A stretch of DNA of 64,000 bases. Origin: Felis catus. Lineage: Eukaryota. Where the stretch lies: NCBI RefSeq assembly GCF_018350175.1, contig NC_058368.1, forward strand, positions 7,502,001 to 7,566,000, written 5' to 3'. Both the position numbers and the translations under genes were made by a program. Below, piece after piece: positions 25,367-37,864 of this stretch (position 1 is its first letter; every line of letters begins with the position of its first letter). A model generated the notes under the pieces. The model saw only the letters and a program-made list of their open reading frames with translations, was not told where the DNA came from and ran no database searches.

Positions 25367-27506
25367 ATTTTTCTACTTTTTAATCATTAATCCTCTCCTT
25401 CAAAGAATCTGCCCCAAGAAAACCAGACTAATCCCCCATTTTGTATCCCCACATCCTTCCCTAAAATAAAACACGTGGAACCTTGTGGCAGCCGAACTGT
25501 GGTCCCCAGATGACACATTCTCTAACCATCGGTAAGAGCTAAGGCCTTGAGCTTGTATGGGTACTTGTATTCAAATTGCAGGTGAAGATTCTCCACCAGA
25601 TACCTTGCCCCCACCCCCCAGGGGATAAAGAAAACAAATGCAACAACATGTTTTACACTTTCAAGTCACATGGTTGCAGTAGAAGCATCAGCACAGACAT
25701 AGTCCCAACTAAATCCTCTTTTTTCTTTTTTTTCCATATTTTTATCACCCCTGCCTGGGCTAGAACCAAAGGTACAAATTTCTCAGCAAATTTTATCTTA
25801 AAGTGAAAGACCACAAAGCGTCAAATCTTCTATTTACAAGTAACTGAAAAAGGTTTCCAGCTCTTGTCGTTAGCGGGGTTTACTGCTGTCCTTAGGTTCT
25901 TGTATCTACGCTGCCCACCAATAAATAACACATCTGTCTACCAAGTTTACATTTTACACTTGGGAGGGTATTTCCCAAAGCCTGATTACTCTGTTCAACA
26001 ACAGCCTCGTGCACTTGCCAATGTGAGGCTGAGACAAACTGTTTGTTCATTCATTCGGTAAAGATTTCCCAAGGGCTTAATCTGAGCAAGGCATTATTCC
26101 AGGGGTTCTAGGCTAAGGCATGGCCCCTGTGTTCCAGGAGTTATCATACAGCATAGGAGAAGAGTGAACTGTAATGACTGATCCCCTGATCCTTCCAGCA
26201 AGCTTTCCCTCCCTCTTCACGTGAGGATGGGCACAAGACCCAGACCTGGATCATCAGGCCCTTCCAACCCACCGGCCCCTAATGGTCCAGGACCGAGCAG
26301 GTCACCAAAGCCAGCCCGTCGGATTTCCTCCCAAGGCCCTTCTTTCAGAGGACAATGGGAAGTTTCTTCTCTATAACCCGGATCACAAGCTGTCAAGATG
26401 GCGTTGGGCTAAACGAGGTCCATTTTCCTTCCAAAGAGGAAACCAGTGAGCAGGAGATGATAATTAAGCCAACTCACAAAAGTAAGTAAAAATTCAAGGT
26501 AGAGGCTAAGAACCCTGATCAGCTTGATAATCTGAGGCTCTGGATCTGGTTTTGCCTGACGTTTCCTCCGTATTTCAAGTTCTTTGAGCCTACCCATTCC
26601 CTCTCTGCTAAACTACGTGGAGATCCTGCCACTTGCACCTACCACGGTACTGACTCATACGAGAAGCTGATAGTAACCACGAGCGATAGGAAAAATAAAA
26701 CAAGTTTCTACAAAAATTAAGTTAGGAGAGTCCTCCTTTGTTAGGGAAGATCAAGAAAAAGTGGCATTGGGGAAAAAAAAAAAAAAGGCTTGTTCTTAAG
26801 GAACAGGTTAAATCTTGATAAGTAGAAATGGATGAGAGAACATTCCAGATGAAAGGAACAAAGGGGAAGTGGTCAAAAATTGTCCAGATTGGCAAGAGTG
26901 TATTCATAGCAGAGTCATATGGGAGCGAAGATTAAAAAGGTAAGTTTGGGCTACGGATCTGTGTCCCCTTCACCCTGTCACTGGAGATGCTATCAGCTAG
27001 GAATGCCTGGGGACTCTCACCTGGGCCCAGACCACGGGGAATGAGCCCGCAGACATGTCCCCCACCCAGAGCCAGTGTTGTGGCCCGTTGGGCCCTTGTG
27101 GTTTTTGCTCTGATTGCAAGATGTACCTCAGCCAACAATCAGCTTTGAGGGAACTTTGAGAAAACAAGGCTTATCGACTCACAAAGTTTATTCCTGAAAG
27201 GTGCACAGCGAGCCCAAGGCTTGCTGAGACCGCAGGTGGTGAGGGTAGCGAGCTCACATCGACCCGGGTTCTCCCTTGACTGGGGTCGAGGGGGGGGGGG
27301 GCCTGGATTTTGCAGGCTGTCTCCCCCTCTTTTTTTTTTTTTTTGCAGGCTCACTCTTTATTGGTGAATTTAAACCAGAAATGCAAGAATGAAAGCAGGG
27401 GTAGGGCGGGGAGGAAAAAGCAGGGTCGTGCCAATGGCCAGTTATCTGGTCACCCAGCGCCTTCTGAAAGGGGAACTTCGTGGGTGGGGTGGCCTGGCTC
27501 TTTTCT

Positions 27507-27580
27507 CACAACAGTGAGATCATGACCTGAGCCGAAATCAAGAGTCAGATGGTTAACCGACTGGGCCACCCAGGCGCCCC
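27507..27580 (-). mobile_element. CAN-SINE 5' fragment
   Basis: GAGATCATGACCTGAGCCGAAATCAAGAGTC...CAGGCGCCCC only. Confidence 0.82.
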
Positions 27581-27582
27581 AA

Positions 27583-27730
27583 CCCCAGTTTAGAGTTGAA
27601 GTTTGAAATGAGGCTTACAGAGTTAGCCTGTTCAAGGTGACCAACCCAAAGACCCAAAACTAGTTAGTGGCAGAGCAAGGACTTGCACTTGGGTCTGTCT
27701 TCACTTCGGGGCACAAGCTCTTAACCGGCA
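27583..27730 (-). mobile_element. MIR fragment
   Basis: GAAATGAGGCT...CAAGGT...AGTTAGTGGCAGAGC...GCTCTTAACC. Confidence 0.6.
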
Positions 27731-28290
27731 GTCTATCCTGAGCTCCTCAGGGGAGGAAGGAGCAGATAAAGAATCTTGGGAAACATCTAGCAGAAACAAA
27801 GTTTTCTCTCCCCCTGGGTCAGACCGGATGCATAGATGCCACCTGAGAGGGGAGAGTCCAGCAGGGACTTATCTGACGTATCTCCATTCCTTACGGGACC
27901 CATCTATCACTTCTGCACCTCTTCCAACAACTTGCTGCAAACTTCCAGTAACTGCCTGCAACCTTGCCCATCTAGTTTCAGGCACCTTTTTCATGATGTT
28001 TCAATCCGTCTTTTTAAACTGAGTATTGAAGATGTCAGAACTTCTGTTAGCACAGAATGTCTGAATAACTGCACGAAACAGACCCTTCTCTCCACTACAG
28101 GTCATAGGATTTGGGAGATTATCTGTTGCCAGGACTGATGTTACGGAACCCTTAAGGAGATTCAGTTAAAGCCACAAAACCGCCTCTTTACAAATGTTTA
28201 TTTCTTCCCAAACTGACAAATTCAATAGGCAAATTGAGTGATAAAATTGCCAGTCTTGAGATAAAAATTATGGTTTTTAAAGACCATGTA

Positions 28291-28411
28291 GGGGGCGCCT
28301 GGGTGGCTTAGCTGGTTAAGCATCCAACTCTTGATTTCAGCTCCTTGATCTCATGGTGGAGTGGTCAAGCCCCTCACCAGGCTCTGTGCTGAGCGTGGAA
28401 CCTACTTGAGA

Positions 28412-28447
<36 letters not shown>

Positions 28448-28503
28448 GCCCCTCCCTTGTATGCTCTCTCTCTCTCAAAATAAATAAACATTAAAAAAAA
28501 AAA
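28291..28503 (+). mobile_element. CAN-SINE (older subfamily)
   Basis: Head, (CT)n, polyA; TSD GACCATGT. Confidence 0.88.
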
Positions 28504-28770
28504 GGACCATGTGGAAGAAACAATTTCAAAACCTAGGATAAAAATACAAAGGGAAGGGATATCTAAAGGAACATAAAAGATAACTTCAAAGATTGATCCT
28601 GGAGATCTACTATGCAAGTAATATGAATGCAAGAAGGAAAATAAGCAACACGTGAAGGAAAGGGTAAGAAAATTTTGTTATTTGCAGACTTATTTACGCA
28701 GGTTTAGGAGAGGGGATAAAAAGGCACCCATCGAAGCACATCCCGGTACAATTTCAAAATTCCAATGTGA

Positions 28771-28960
28771 GTGGCTCAGTCGGTTAAGCGTCCGACTTCA
28801 GCTCAGGTCATGATCTTGCGGTTCGTGAGTCCAAGCCTCACGTCGGGCTCTGTGATGACAGCTTGGAGCCTGGAGTCTGCTTTGGATTCTGTGTCTCCCT
28901 CACTCTCTGCCCCTCCCCCACTCACGCACGCGCTCTAAGATAAATAAACGTTAAAAAAAT
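28771..28960 (+). mobile_element. CAN-SINE, slightly 5'-truncated
   Basis: Begins GTGGCTCAGTCGG; TSD-like CAAAATTCCAA. Confidence 0.88.
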
Positions 28961-29589
28961 TTCCAAAATTCCAAGGTTAAAGATAAATGTGCATGCTTCT
29001 AGACCAAAAGAACAAGTTATTTACAGAAGAAAAAAAAATCAACTGGCACTAACTTCTCATATGCAGCAGAAGTTGGAGAATATTTTGAAATCATATTTAC
29101 AAATGAGGAAAAAAAAAGACCGGGAGCCAAGGATATATAACATGTAAAGACATTATCCACTCGTTAGTGTGGAAGAAAGGTATTTGTGGGGATACAAGTA
29201 TCGAAAGATCATCATTCACATAATCCGTATGAGAAAAACTGCCCAGAAAAAAACTTTGTCAGGAAGGAGGAGGAAGAAGAGAGAAGGTGAAGGAGGAGAA
29301 GAAAAAATAAATAAAAAGCGAAAAGAAGGAAACAGAAAAGGAATCAATGCTAGGCAAAGAACTTTGCAGTACATATGGTTAATCTAAATAGATAATGAAT
29401 GACTGGGAATGTGTACTCTGAATACTAAGGGCCCTTGAAATATATGACATACCGTAAGAGAAAGTCTAATTCTAGTCTGGAGCTAAAGGTTCCTCTCAGC
29501 AATATCTAGGAATTGGGAATTGGGTGGGCATATGTAAAAAAACATGTAGTAACACTAAAATTTTCCTCAAAAGGCTAGAGAGCACAAAA

Positions 29590-30000
29590 TGCTGACGAAT
29601 CAAAGACCTAAATAAGCAGAGATATATTGTATCCGTGGATCAGAAGAGTCAACGTGAGAAAGATGTCAATTCTCCCCCAGATGGATCTATAGATTTAACA
29701 CAATTCTTATCAAAATGCCAGCAAGCCCATTCTAAGATTTATATGGAAACGTAAAAGAAGTAAAATACCTAAACGATTTTGACAATGGAAAATTAAATGC
29801 GAGGAATCACTCTACTAGATTTTTAAGACTTCCTCAACAGCCCCATTAACCAAGAAAGTGTGCCGTCCGAGGAGGAACAGACACATAGGTCAGTGAACAA
29901 AACAGAGAGCCCAGAAATAGGCCCACACAGAAGTGCTGAACCCATTACCGCCAAAGGTGCAAAAGCCCTTCAATGGAGAAAGAATATTCTTTCAACAAAA
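29590..30000 (+). mobile_element. L1 ORF2 fragment
   Basis: AAGATGTCAATTCTCCCC...ATCTATAGATT...TTTATATGGAA...AACAGAGAGCCCAGAAATAGGCCCACAC. Confidence 0.8.
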
Positions 30001-30004
30001 GGAT

Positions 30005-31945
30005 ATGGGCTTTACAAATATTTTCTCCCATTCCATAGCTTGCTTTTTTCACTCCAATCTCCCTTGATACACAAAAGTTTTCATTTTTGATGAGGTCAAA
30101 TTTATCTAGTGTTTCTGTTGTTGTCTGTGCTTTGATGGTATTTCCAAGAAACCAGTGCCCCATCCAATGTGATGAAGATACTCCTCCTACGTCACTCTAA
30201 GAGTCTTATCGTTTTAGCTCTTATGTTTATGCCTTTGACTCATTTTAAACTAATTTTTGTGTATAGTGTAAGAGTCTAATTTCATTCTCTCGCATTGAAT
30301 ATCCAGCTTTCCCAGCACCATTTGCTGAAAAAACTATTCTTTCCTTCAAATATCTTGGTAGCCTTAGCAAAAATCATTTGGATATTGAAAGGTTTATTCC
30401 TGGCTTCTCTATTCTGTTTCATTGGTATATATGTTTGCTTTTCTGCCAATGCTACACTGTTTTGATGACCATCACTTTGTAGTAAGTTTCGAAATCAGGA
30501 AGTGTGAGTTCTACAACTGTCTTTTTTTTCAAGAGTGTTTTAGCTCTTTGGGAGTCCCTTGGAGAGTCCATACGGATTTTAGGATGAGTTTTTCTATTTC
30601 TGCAAAAACATCATTGGGATTTTGACAAAGATTGCGTTGAATCTACACATCACTTTAGACAGAACTGTCATCTTAACAGTGCTAAGTCTTCCAATCTGTA
30701 AACATGGGGTATCTTTCCATATATTTGTGTCTTCTTTAATTTCCTTCAGCAATGTTGTTTTTTTCCAATGTACGACTCTTTCGCCTCCTTGATTAAGTTT
30801 ATTTCTAAGTATTTTGTTCTTTTGATGCTACTGTAAATGGAATTGTTTTACTGATTTCCTTTTTGAATTGTTCACTGCTAGTGCCTAGAAATTCAACTCA
30901 TTTTTCTGTGTTGATTTTGTATCCTGCAACTTTGCTGAATGTATTAGCACTTAGTGTTTTTATGGACTCTTTAGTAGGTTCTACATATAACATCATGTCA
31001 CCTGTGAAAAGAAATAGTCTTACTTCTTCCTTTCCAATTTGCATGACTCATTTCTTTTTCTTGCCTAATTTCTCTGGATAGAATTTCCAATATCAGGTCT
31101 AATAGAAGTGACAAGAGCAGGCATCCTTGTCTTCTTTCTGATCTTAGAGGAAAAGTGTTCAGTCTTCCACCATTGAGTGTAACGTTGGCCGTGAGTTTCT
31201 TATACACAGCCTTTATCATGTTAGCAAGCTTCCTTCTATTCCAACTTCGCTGAGTGTTTTATCATGAAAGGGTGTTGAATTTTGTCAAATGCTTTTTCTG
31301 CATCTATTGTGATGATCATGTGGTGTTTTTTTTTCCTTCAGTTAATTAATATGTGTATTATATCGATTGATTCTTGGATGTTGAGTCATCCTTGCACTCC
31401 AAATAAATCCTGCTTGGTCACGGTGTATCCTTCTTTTACTATGTTGTTAAATTTGGTTTGCGGATATCCTTTGAGGATTTTTGCATCAATATTCATAAGG
31501 GTTATTAGTCCATACTGTTCTTTTCTTGTAGTCTCTTTGTCTGGCTTAGTATCAGGGTAATACTGGCCTCATAGAATGAGTCAGCATGCTTTAAAAAAAT
31601 TCATATATATATATAATTCATATATATACATATAAATTCATATATATATATATATAATTGATTATATGTAAAATCATAGAATGAGTTAGGAAGTATTCCT
31701 TCCTCTTCAATTTTTTGGAAGAGTTTGAGGACTAGCATTAGTTCTTTAAGTATTCAGTAGAATTTGCCAGTGAGGCCATCTGGTCTGTGACTTTTTCTGG
31801 TGGGAGGTTTTTGATTACTGATTCAATATCTTACTAGTTAGAGGCCTATCCAGGTTTTTATTTCTTCCTGATTCAGTCATGCTAGATTGTATGGTTCTCA
31901 GAATTTGTCCATTCCATCTAGGTTATCCAATTTGTTGCTTACAAA
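30005..31945 (-). mobile_element. L1 ORF2 fragment (RT region, L1MA/MB-like), antisense
   Basis: CCCAGCACCATTTG...GATTTTGTATCCTGCAACTTTGCTGAAT...TTGTCAAATGCTTTTTCTGCATCTATT; minus-strand ORF 30998-31219 retains the RT-like FPLRSERRQGCLLLSLL. Confidence 0.9.
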
Positions 31946-32003
31946 TGGTTTCCAACACTAAGGATACAGTAGAAAAACATACACACGTTCAAAAATCCTA
32001 GAA

Positions 32004-32219
32004 GGGGGCACCTGGGTGGCTCAGTTGGTTAAGCCAACTGAGCCAACTTCGGCTCAGGTCATGATCTCGTGGTTTGTGAGTTCGAGCCCCGCATCGGGCT
32101 CTGGGCTGACAGTTCGGAGCCTGGAGCCTGTTTCGGATTCTGTGTCTCCCTCTCTCTCTGCCCCTCCCCTGCTCATGCTCTGTCTCTCTCTGTCTCAAAA
32201 ACAAATAAAAACATTTTTT
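32004..32219 (+). mobile_element. CAN-SINE
   Basis: TSD AAATCCTAGAA; small internal duplication AGCCAACT. Confidence 0.92.
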
Positions 32220-33507
32220 AAATCCTAGAAACAAATTTATGAATAAATATCTATCAAGCATCTATTATGTCCAAGGCACAATAAAACAGAGAGGGATAAG
32301 AAGCAGAAACAGTAGTCAAAAATGAAATTTTAGGAAGATAATTTGCAATAGCTACAAACATCAATAAAGTACTTGGGAATAAATCTAACTAAAGATGTGC
32401 AGCAAGGGACAGTGCAGCATCCCAAAGCTGGCAACAGTGAGAACAACCCTAGCCTTAAAGAGAACCCAAGGACAGTTACCACAAGAGAGGACATCCCCCA
32501 GGAACACTACCCATTTAGAGAGATGCAGCCAACCTACAGGGACAAAGCAAGGAGGAGTAAGTACCCCTATCTCAATCTCTCAATCTCTGGTGGTTTTTTT
32601 ATTAAACCTTTCACGCATGTATGTATGTGTGTATACAGATTCATATACAGTTCTAAGAAATAATATGAAGAGGTCCTATGTATGTTTTATCCAGTTTCCC
32701 CAGTGGTAACACCTTGCAAAACTGTAGTTCGATAATCACAATGAGGAGATTCACATTGATAAAATCCACTGTTCAGATTCTCCCAGTTTTACTTGTACTT
32801 ACGTGAGTGTATGTGTGTGCACTTAGTGTATTCTATCTGAAGACACTAGATACTGGATTCTATCTAAATTTGTCACATGGGTTTGTGTATCTATCACCAC
32901 AGTTAAGATATAGAACTCTTCCAACGCCAGGGAGACTACTCCTGCCCTCTTTTTGTAACCACATCCCCATACCACCTCACCCCTCTCCCCTTCCCTGACT
33001 CTGGCAACTGGTAGTTTTTACTCATTTTTATAATTTTTTTTTATTTCAAAAATGTTATATAAATGGAATCATACAGTATGTAACTTTCTGGCATAGGCTT
33101 TTCCCACTCAGTATATTTCCTTCGAGATTCATCCAAGTTAATTCCCTTATTGTTGAGTAGCATTCCACATATGGAGCCATTACAGTTTGTTGGACCATTC
33201 ACTTGTACAAGAACACTGGCACCGTTTCCAGTTTGGGGGCTATTGCAAGTAAGCTGCTCTGCACACTCAGGTACAGGTTTTTGTGTGAACATCAGCTTCT
33301 CTTTCTCCGAGATAAATGGCCAAGAGAGCAACTGTTGGGTCATGTGACAAATGCATAGGTTTTTGTTTTTTTTTTTTAAGAAACTGTCAAACTGCTTTCC
33401 AAACTGCATACCCTTTTATATTCCCACCAGCAATATATGAGACCCAGTTTCTCCACATTCTCACAAGTATTTGGTGTTATTATTTTTTATTCTACTAAGC
33501 ACGTAGT

Positions 33508-34059
33508 GGTATTAGTCTGGGTTCTCCAGAGAAACATAATTTTATATATATATATATAAAACGTTACTAATCCTATATATGCATGTATTTTGTGGAAAGT
33601 TGCTGAAATAGGTATTGAAAGTAGAATTCACATACATATGAATGAGATGTACTATAAGGAATTGGTTCACGTGGGTGTGGAGGCTGAGAAATTCCAAGAC
33701 CTGTGGTTGGCAAATCGGGAGACCAGGAGGGCTGATGGTGTAATTCCAGTTCGATTCCCAAGGCCTGCGAACCAGGAGAGTGGAGAGTGTGAATTCCAGT
33801 CTCAGACCAAGTCCACAGGCAGGAGAAAACCGATATCCTAGATCGAACACAGGCAGAGAGAATTCTCCCTTACTCAGCCTTTTCAGGCGTTCAATGGATT
33901 GTTTGAGGCCCATCCACGCTGGGGAGAACAATGGGCTTTACTAGGTCTACTGATTCAAATGTTAATCTCATCCCGAAATACCCTACAAAAATACCCACGG
34001 TGATTTAACCAACTATCTGGGCAACCCATGGCCTAGTCAAGTTGACACATAAAATTACA
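33508..34059 (-). mobile_element. MLT2-type ERVL LTR (MLT2C/D-like) inserted in L1
   Basis: TATTAGTCTGGGTTCTCCAGAGAAAC...TATAAGGAATTGG...GGAGGCTGAGAA...CTGATTCAAATGTTAATCTCATC...AGTCAAGTTGACACATAAAATT. Confidence 0.85.
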
Positions 34060-34483
34060 GTAGGACATCACATTGTGGCTTTAATCTGCATTTCCCTAAT
34101 GGCTAATAATGAAGAACATCTTTTCATGGGCTTATTTGCCATCTGTATGACTTCTTCAGAGAAATGACTGTTCATAGCTTTTGCCCATTTTCTGAATGGA
34201 TTTTTTTTAACTGTTGAGTCTTGAAAGTTCTCTGTGTATTCCAGATACTAGTTTTGTTAAACATGTGGCCCATAAGTCTAGCTTGTCTTTTCATCCTCTT
34301 AACAGAGTCATGGAACAAAAGTTTTTAATTTTGATGAGTTCTAGTTTATCCATTTTTCCTTTTAGGGAATGTACTTTTGGTGTCAAGTCTCAAAGAACAC
34401 TTTGCCTAGCCCTATTTTCTAAAGATTTCTTTCTGAAAGTCTTATAGCTTTATATTTAAAATCATGATTAATTTTGAGTTAGT

Positions 34484-34675
34484 TTTTAAAATTTATTTTT
34501 TTGAGAGAGAGAGAGAGAAAGGCAGAGAGACGGGGAGAGAAAGAGAATCCCAAGCAGGCTCCATGTTGTTCGGTACAGAGCTTGACATGGGCTCAATCCC
34601 ACAAATCATGAGATCATGACCTGAACCAAAACCAAGAGTTGAACACCTAACTGACTGAGCCTCCCAGGCACCCCT
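34484..34675 (-). mobile_element. CAN-SINE (older)
   Basis: TSD TTGAGTTAGTTTT. Confidence 0.88.
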
Positions 34676-34714
34676 TGAGTTAGTTTTCATATAAGGCATA
34701 AAAATTTAGGTCTT

Positions 34715-34940
34715 GGGGTGCCTGGGTGGCTCAATTAAGTGTCTGACTTCAACTCTGGTCATGATCTCACAGCTTGTGGGTTCAAGCCCCACATTGGCTC
34801 TGTGCTGACAGCTCAGAGCCTGGAGCCTGCTTTGCATTCTGTGTCTCCCTCTCTCCCTGCCCTTCCCCTGCTCACTCTGTTGCACTCTCTCTCTCTGTCT
34901 CTCTCTCTCTCAAAAATAAATAAACATGAAAAAAATTTTT
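34715..34940 (+). mobile_element. CAN-SINE
   Basis: Head, CT body, A tail; TSD-like AATTTAGGT. Confidence 0.88.
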
Positions 34941-35575
34941 ACAAAATAATTTAGGTATTTTTTTTTAATTTATGGATATATAATTTCTCTCGCCATTTGT
35001 TAAAAAGACCATCCTTTCTCCATTGAATTGTCATCTTCGTCAAAATCAGTTTGTCAAAAATCAGTTGGGCATCTTTGTGTGGGTCTATTTCTGGATTCTC
35101 TATTCTGTTCCATTGATTTAGGTGTCTGTCCTTCCACCAATAACATACTCCTGATTACCACAGACATATAATACATATTCAAATTGGGTAGACTGATTCC
35201 TAACACTTTATTCTTCTTTTCCAAGATTATTTTAGCTATTTTAGATCCTGTGTCTTTTCATATCAATGTTAGGATAAGCTTGTCTATGCCTACAAAACAA
35301 GTCTTGCTGGGATTTTGACAGCAACTGCATTAAACCTACAGGTCAGTTTGGTGGAGAATTCACACCTTTGCTATGTTGAATCTTTGAATCCATGAGTACA
35401 GTATGTCTCTCCATTTATGTTGATCTTGTTTGATTTCTCTTATCATTTCTTATTTTCAATTTTGCCGTTTTCTGTTCTTATTATTTCCTTCTTTCTACTC
35501 ATTTTGAGTTTATTTTCCTCTTTTTGTAGTTTCTTGGGGTAGGAACTTAGACTATTGACTTGAGAAAATTCCTGG

Positions 35576-35779
35576 TTTTTTTTTTTTAATTTTTTAAAAT
35601 GCTTATTTATGTTTGAGAGAGAGAATCAGGGAGGAGCAGAAAGAGAGGGAGACAGAGAATCCAAAGTAGGCTCCATGCTGTCAGCACAAAGCCCGATGTG
35701 GGGCTCAAACTCACCAACCATGAGATTATGACCTAAGTCGAAGTCGGATGCTCAACTGACTGAGCCATCCAGGTGCCCC
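35576..35779 (-). mobile_element. CAN-SINE
   Basis: Reverse-strand body ending CAGGTGCCCC. Confidence 0.88.
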
Positions 35780-36395
35780 TCCTCTTTTCTAATGAAAGCA
35801 TTTAGTGCTATAAATTTTACTCATGGCATTACTTTAGCTGAGTACTACATATTTTTCTATATTGTATTTTCATTTTCATTCACTTTTATATATTTTTAAA
35901 ATTTCCCTTGAGATTTCCTCTTTGATTCATGGATTATTACGAAGTGTGATCTTCAACTTTCAGCTCTTCGAGAATTTTCCTGTTGCCTTTCTGTTATTGG
36001 TTTCTAGTTTGATTCCATTATACCCAACTGAGTTTCGACAAAGATACAAAAGCAATTTAATGGAGAAAAGGATGGTCTTTTCAACAAATGCTGATGGAGC
36101 AACTGCGTATCCATAAGTTAAAAAAAAAAAAATGACGACTTAAATTTCATGCCTTGTATAAAAATTAACTCAAAACACGATCTTAAATGTACAACTATAA
36201 AACTTTCAGAAAACCTACTGTGAAAACATACTCTATTGTATTCAATGTGTAGAGGTTTGTTTAATGGACCAGGATATGGTCTACCTTGGTGAATGTCTCA
36301 GGGTATTTGGGGAAAAAAGTATATATTCTGCTGTTGGTGGTCAGTGTTTTATATATGTTGATTAGGTCTTACTGGTTGATTGTATCACTCATATC

Positions 36396-36594
36396 TTTTT
36401 CTTAAGTTTATTTATTTCTTTTGGGAGAGACAGAGAGAGCAGGGAGGGACAGAGAGAGAGAGGGAAAGAGAGAGAATCCCAAGCAGGCTCCACAAGATGA
36501 GCACAGAGCCTGATGCAGGGCTCTAACCCACGAACCGTGAGATCATGACCTGAGCTGAAATCAACAGACACTTAACTGAGTCACCCCAGTGCCC
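36396..36594 (-). mobile_element. CAN-SINE (older)
   Basis: AATCCCAAGCAGGCTCC...GAGATCATGACCTGAGCTGAAATC. Confidence 0.86.
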
Positions 36595-37033
36595 TCATGT
36601 CTTGTCTTTTAAACTTTGCTGCTTTCCATTTAATAGTTCTAACAAATGCTGAAAGTTAGGATATTGATATCCCCGTATATAATTATGGACTTGTCTATTG
36701 CTCTGTTCAGTTCCCTCAGTTTTTGCTTCACCTATTTTGAGGTTCTAAAACAGCTAAATAGCTCTTTACGATTGTTGTGTCTTCCTGGTGCTGGTAGATC
36801 AATCCTTTTAATCATTATGTTTGTTATATCCCTTTTTGTCCTTAGTAATTTTCTTTACTGTGAATTCTCCTTTACTTGATATTAGTAGAGCTACTCCTTA
36901 TTTTAATCAACGTGTACATAGTGTGTCTTCTTTTCATCCTTGACTTTTGAACCACCTGTGATGCTGACTTTGAACTGTTATTACCATATAGTTCAGTAAT
37001 TTTTTTAATCCACCCACTAGTCTGTAACTCTTA

Positions 37034-37223
37034 TTTTTGGGACAGAGAGAGACAGAGCATGAACGGGGGAGGGGCAGAGAGAGAGGGAGACACAGAATCA
37101 GAAACAGGCTCCAGGCTCCGAGCCATCAGCCCAGAGCCCGACGCGGGGCTCGAACTCCCGGACCGCGAGATCGTGACCTGGCTGAAGTCGGACGCTTAAC
37201 CGACTGTGCCACCCAGGCGCCCC
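37034..37223 (-). mobile_element. Young CAN-SINE lacking polyA tail
   Basis: TSD TGTAACTCTTA (37023-37033, 37225-37235). Confidence 0.92.
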
Positions 37224-37630
37224 ATGTAACTCTTAATTAGAATATTTTGACGATTTACACTTAAGATAATTGCTAATATGTTAGTACTTACGTCTGCCAT
37301 TCTATTGATATTTTGTTTCCTCTGCTTGTCTTTTGTTGCCACTTGAACAATTCTTAGGACTCCACTTTACTGATTTATAGGTTTTGGGTGTATCTCCTTG
37401 TATAGTTTCCGTAGTGTTTGCTCTGCACATTACAAAACACATGTGTGACTTATTACAGTCTACTGGCGTCAAAGTTTTAACACTTCGTGCGAGATGAGGA
37501 AAACTCCTTCTCCATTCAAGTCCTTTTATCTTCCTTACTTTGACATATCGTTGTCTTGAGTACCAGATACTGTTATATTTTGGTTTCAAATATGATTTCT
37601 AAAACTCGTAAGAATAGTCTGTGGTAGGTA

Positions 37631-37864
37631 GGGGCGCCTGGGTGGCTCCGTCGGTTGAGCGTCTGACTTCGGCTCAGGTCATGATCTCCCAGTTTGTGAG
37701 TTCAAGCCCCGCGTCGGGCTCTGTGCCGACAGCTCAGAGCCTGGAACCTGCTTCAAATTCTGTGTCTCCCTCTCTTTCTGTCCCTCCCCCACTCACACTC
37801 TGTCTCTGTCTTTCAAAAATTAATAAATGTTAAAAAATGATCTTTTAAATAAATAAAATAAAAT
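37631..37864 (+). mobile_element. CAN-SINE
   Basis: Full head, body and A-rich tail. Confidence 0.9.

Noticed and set aside
30863..31560. ORFs with reverse-transcriptase-like remnants
   Set aside because: Decayed L1 ORF2 with many stops and frameshifts; not an active element or gene
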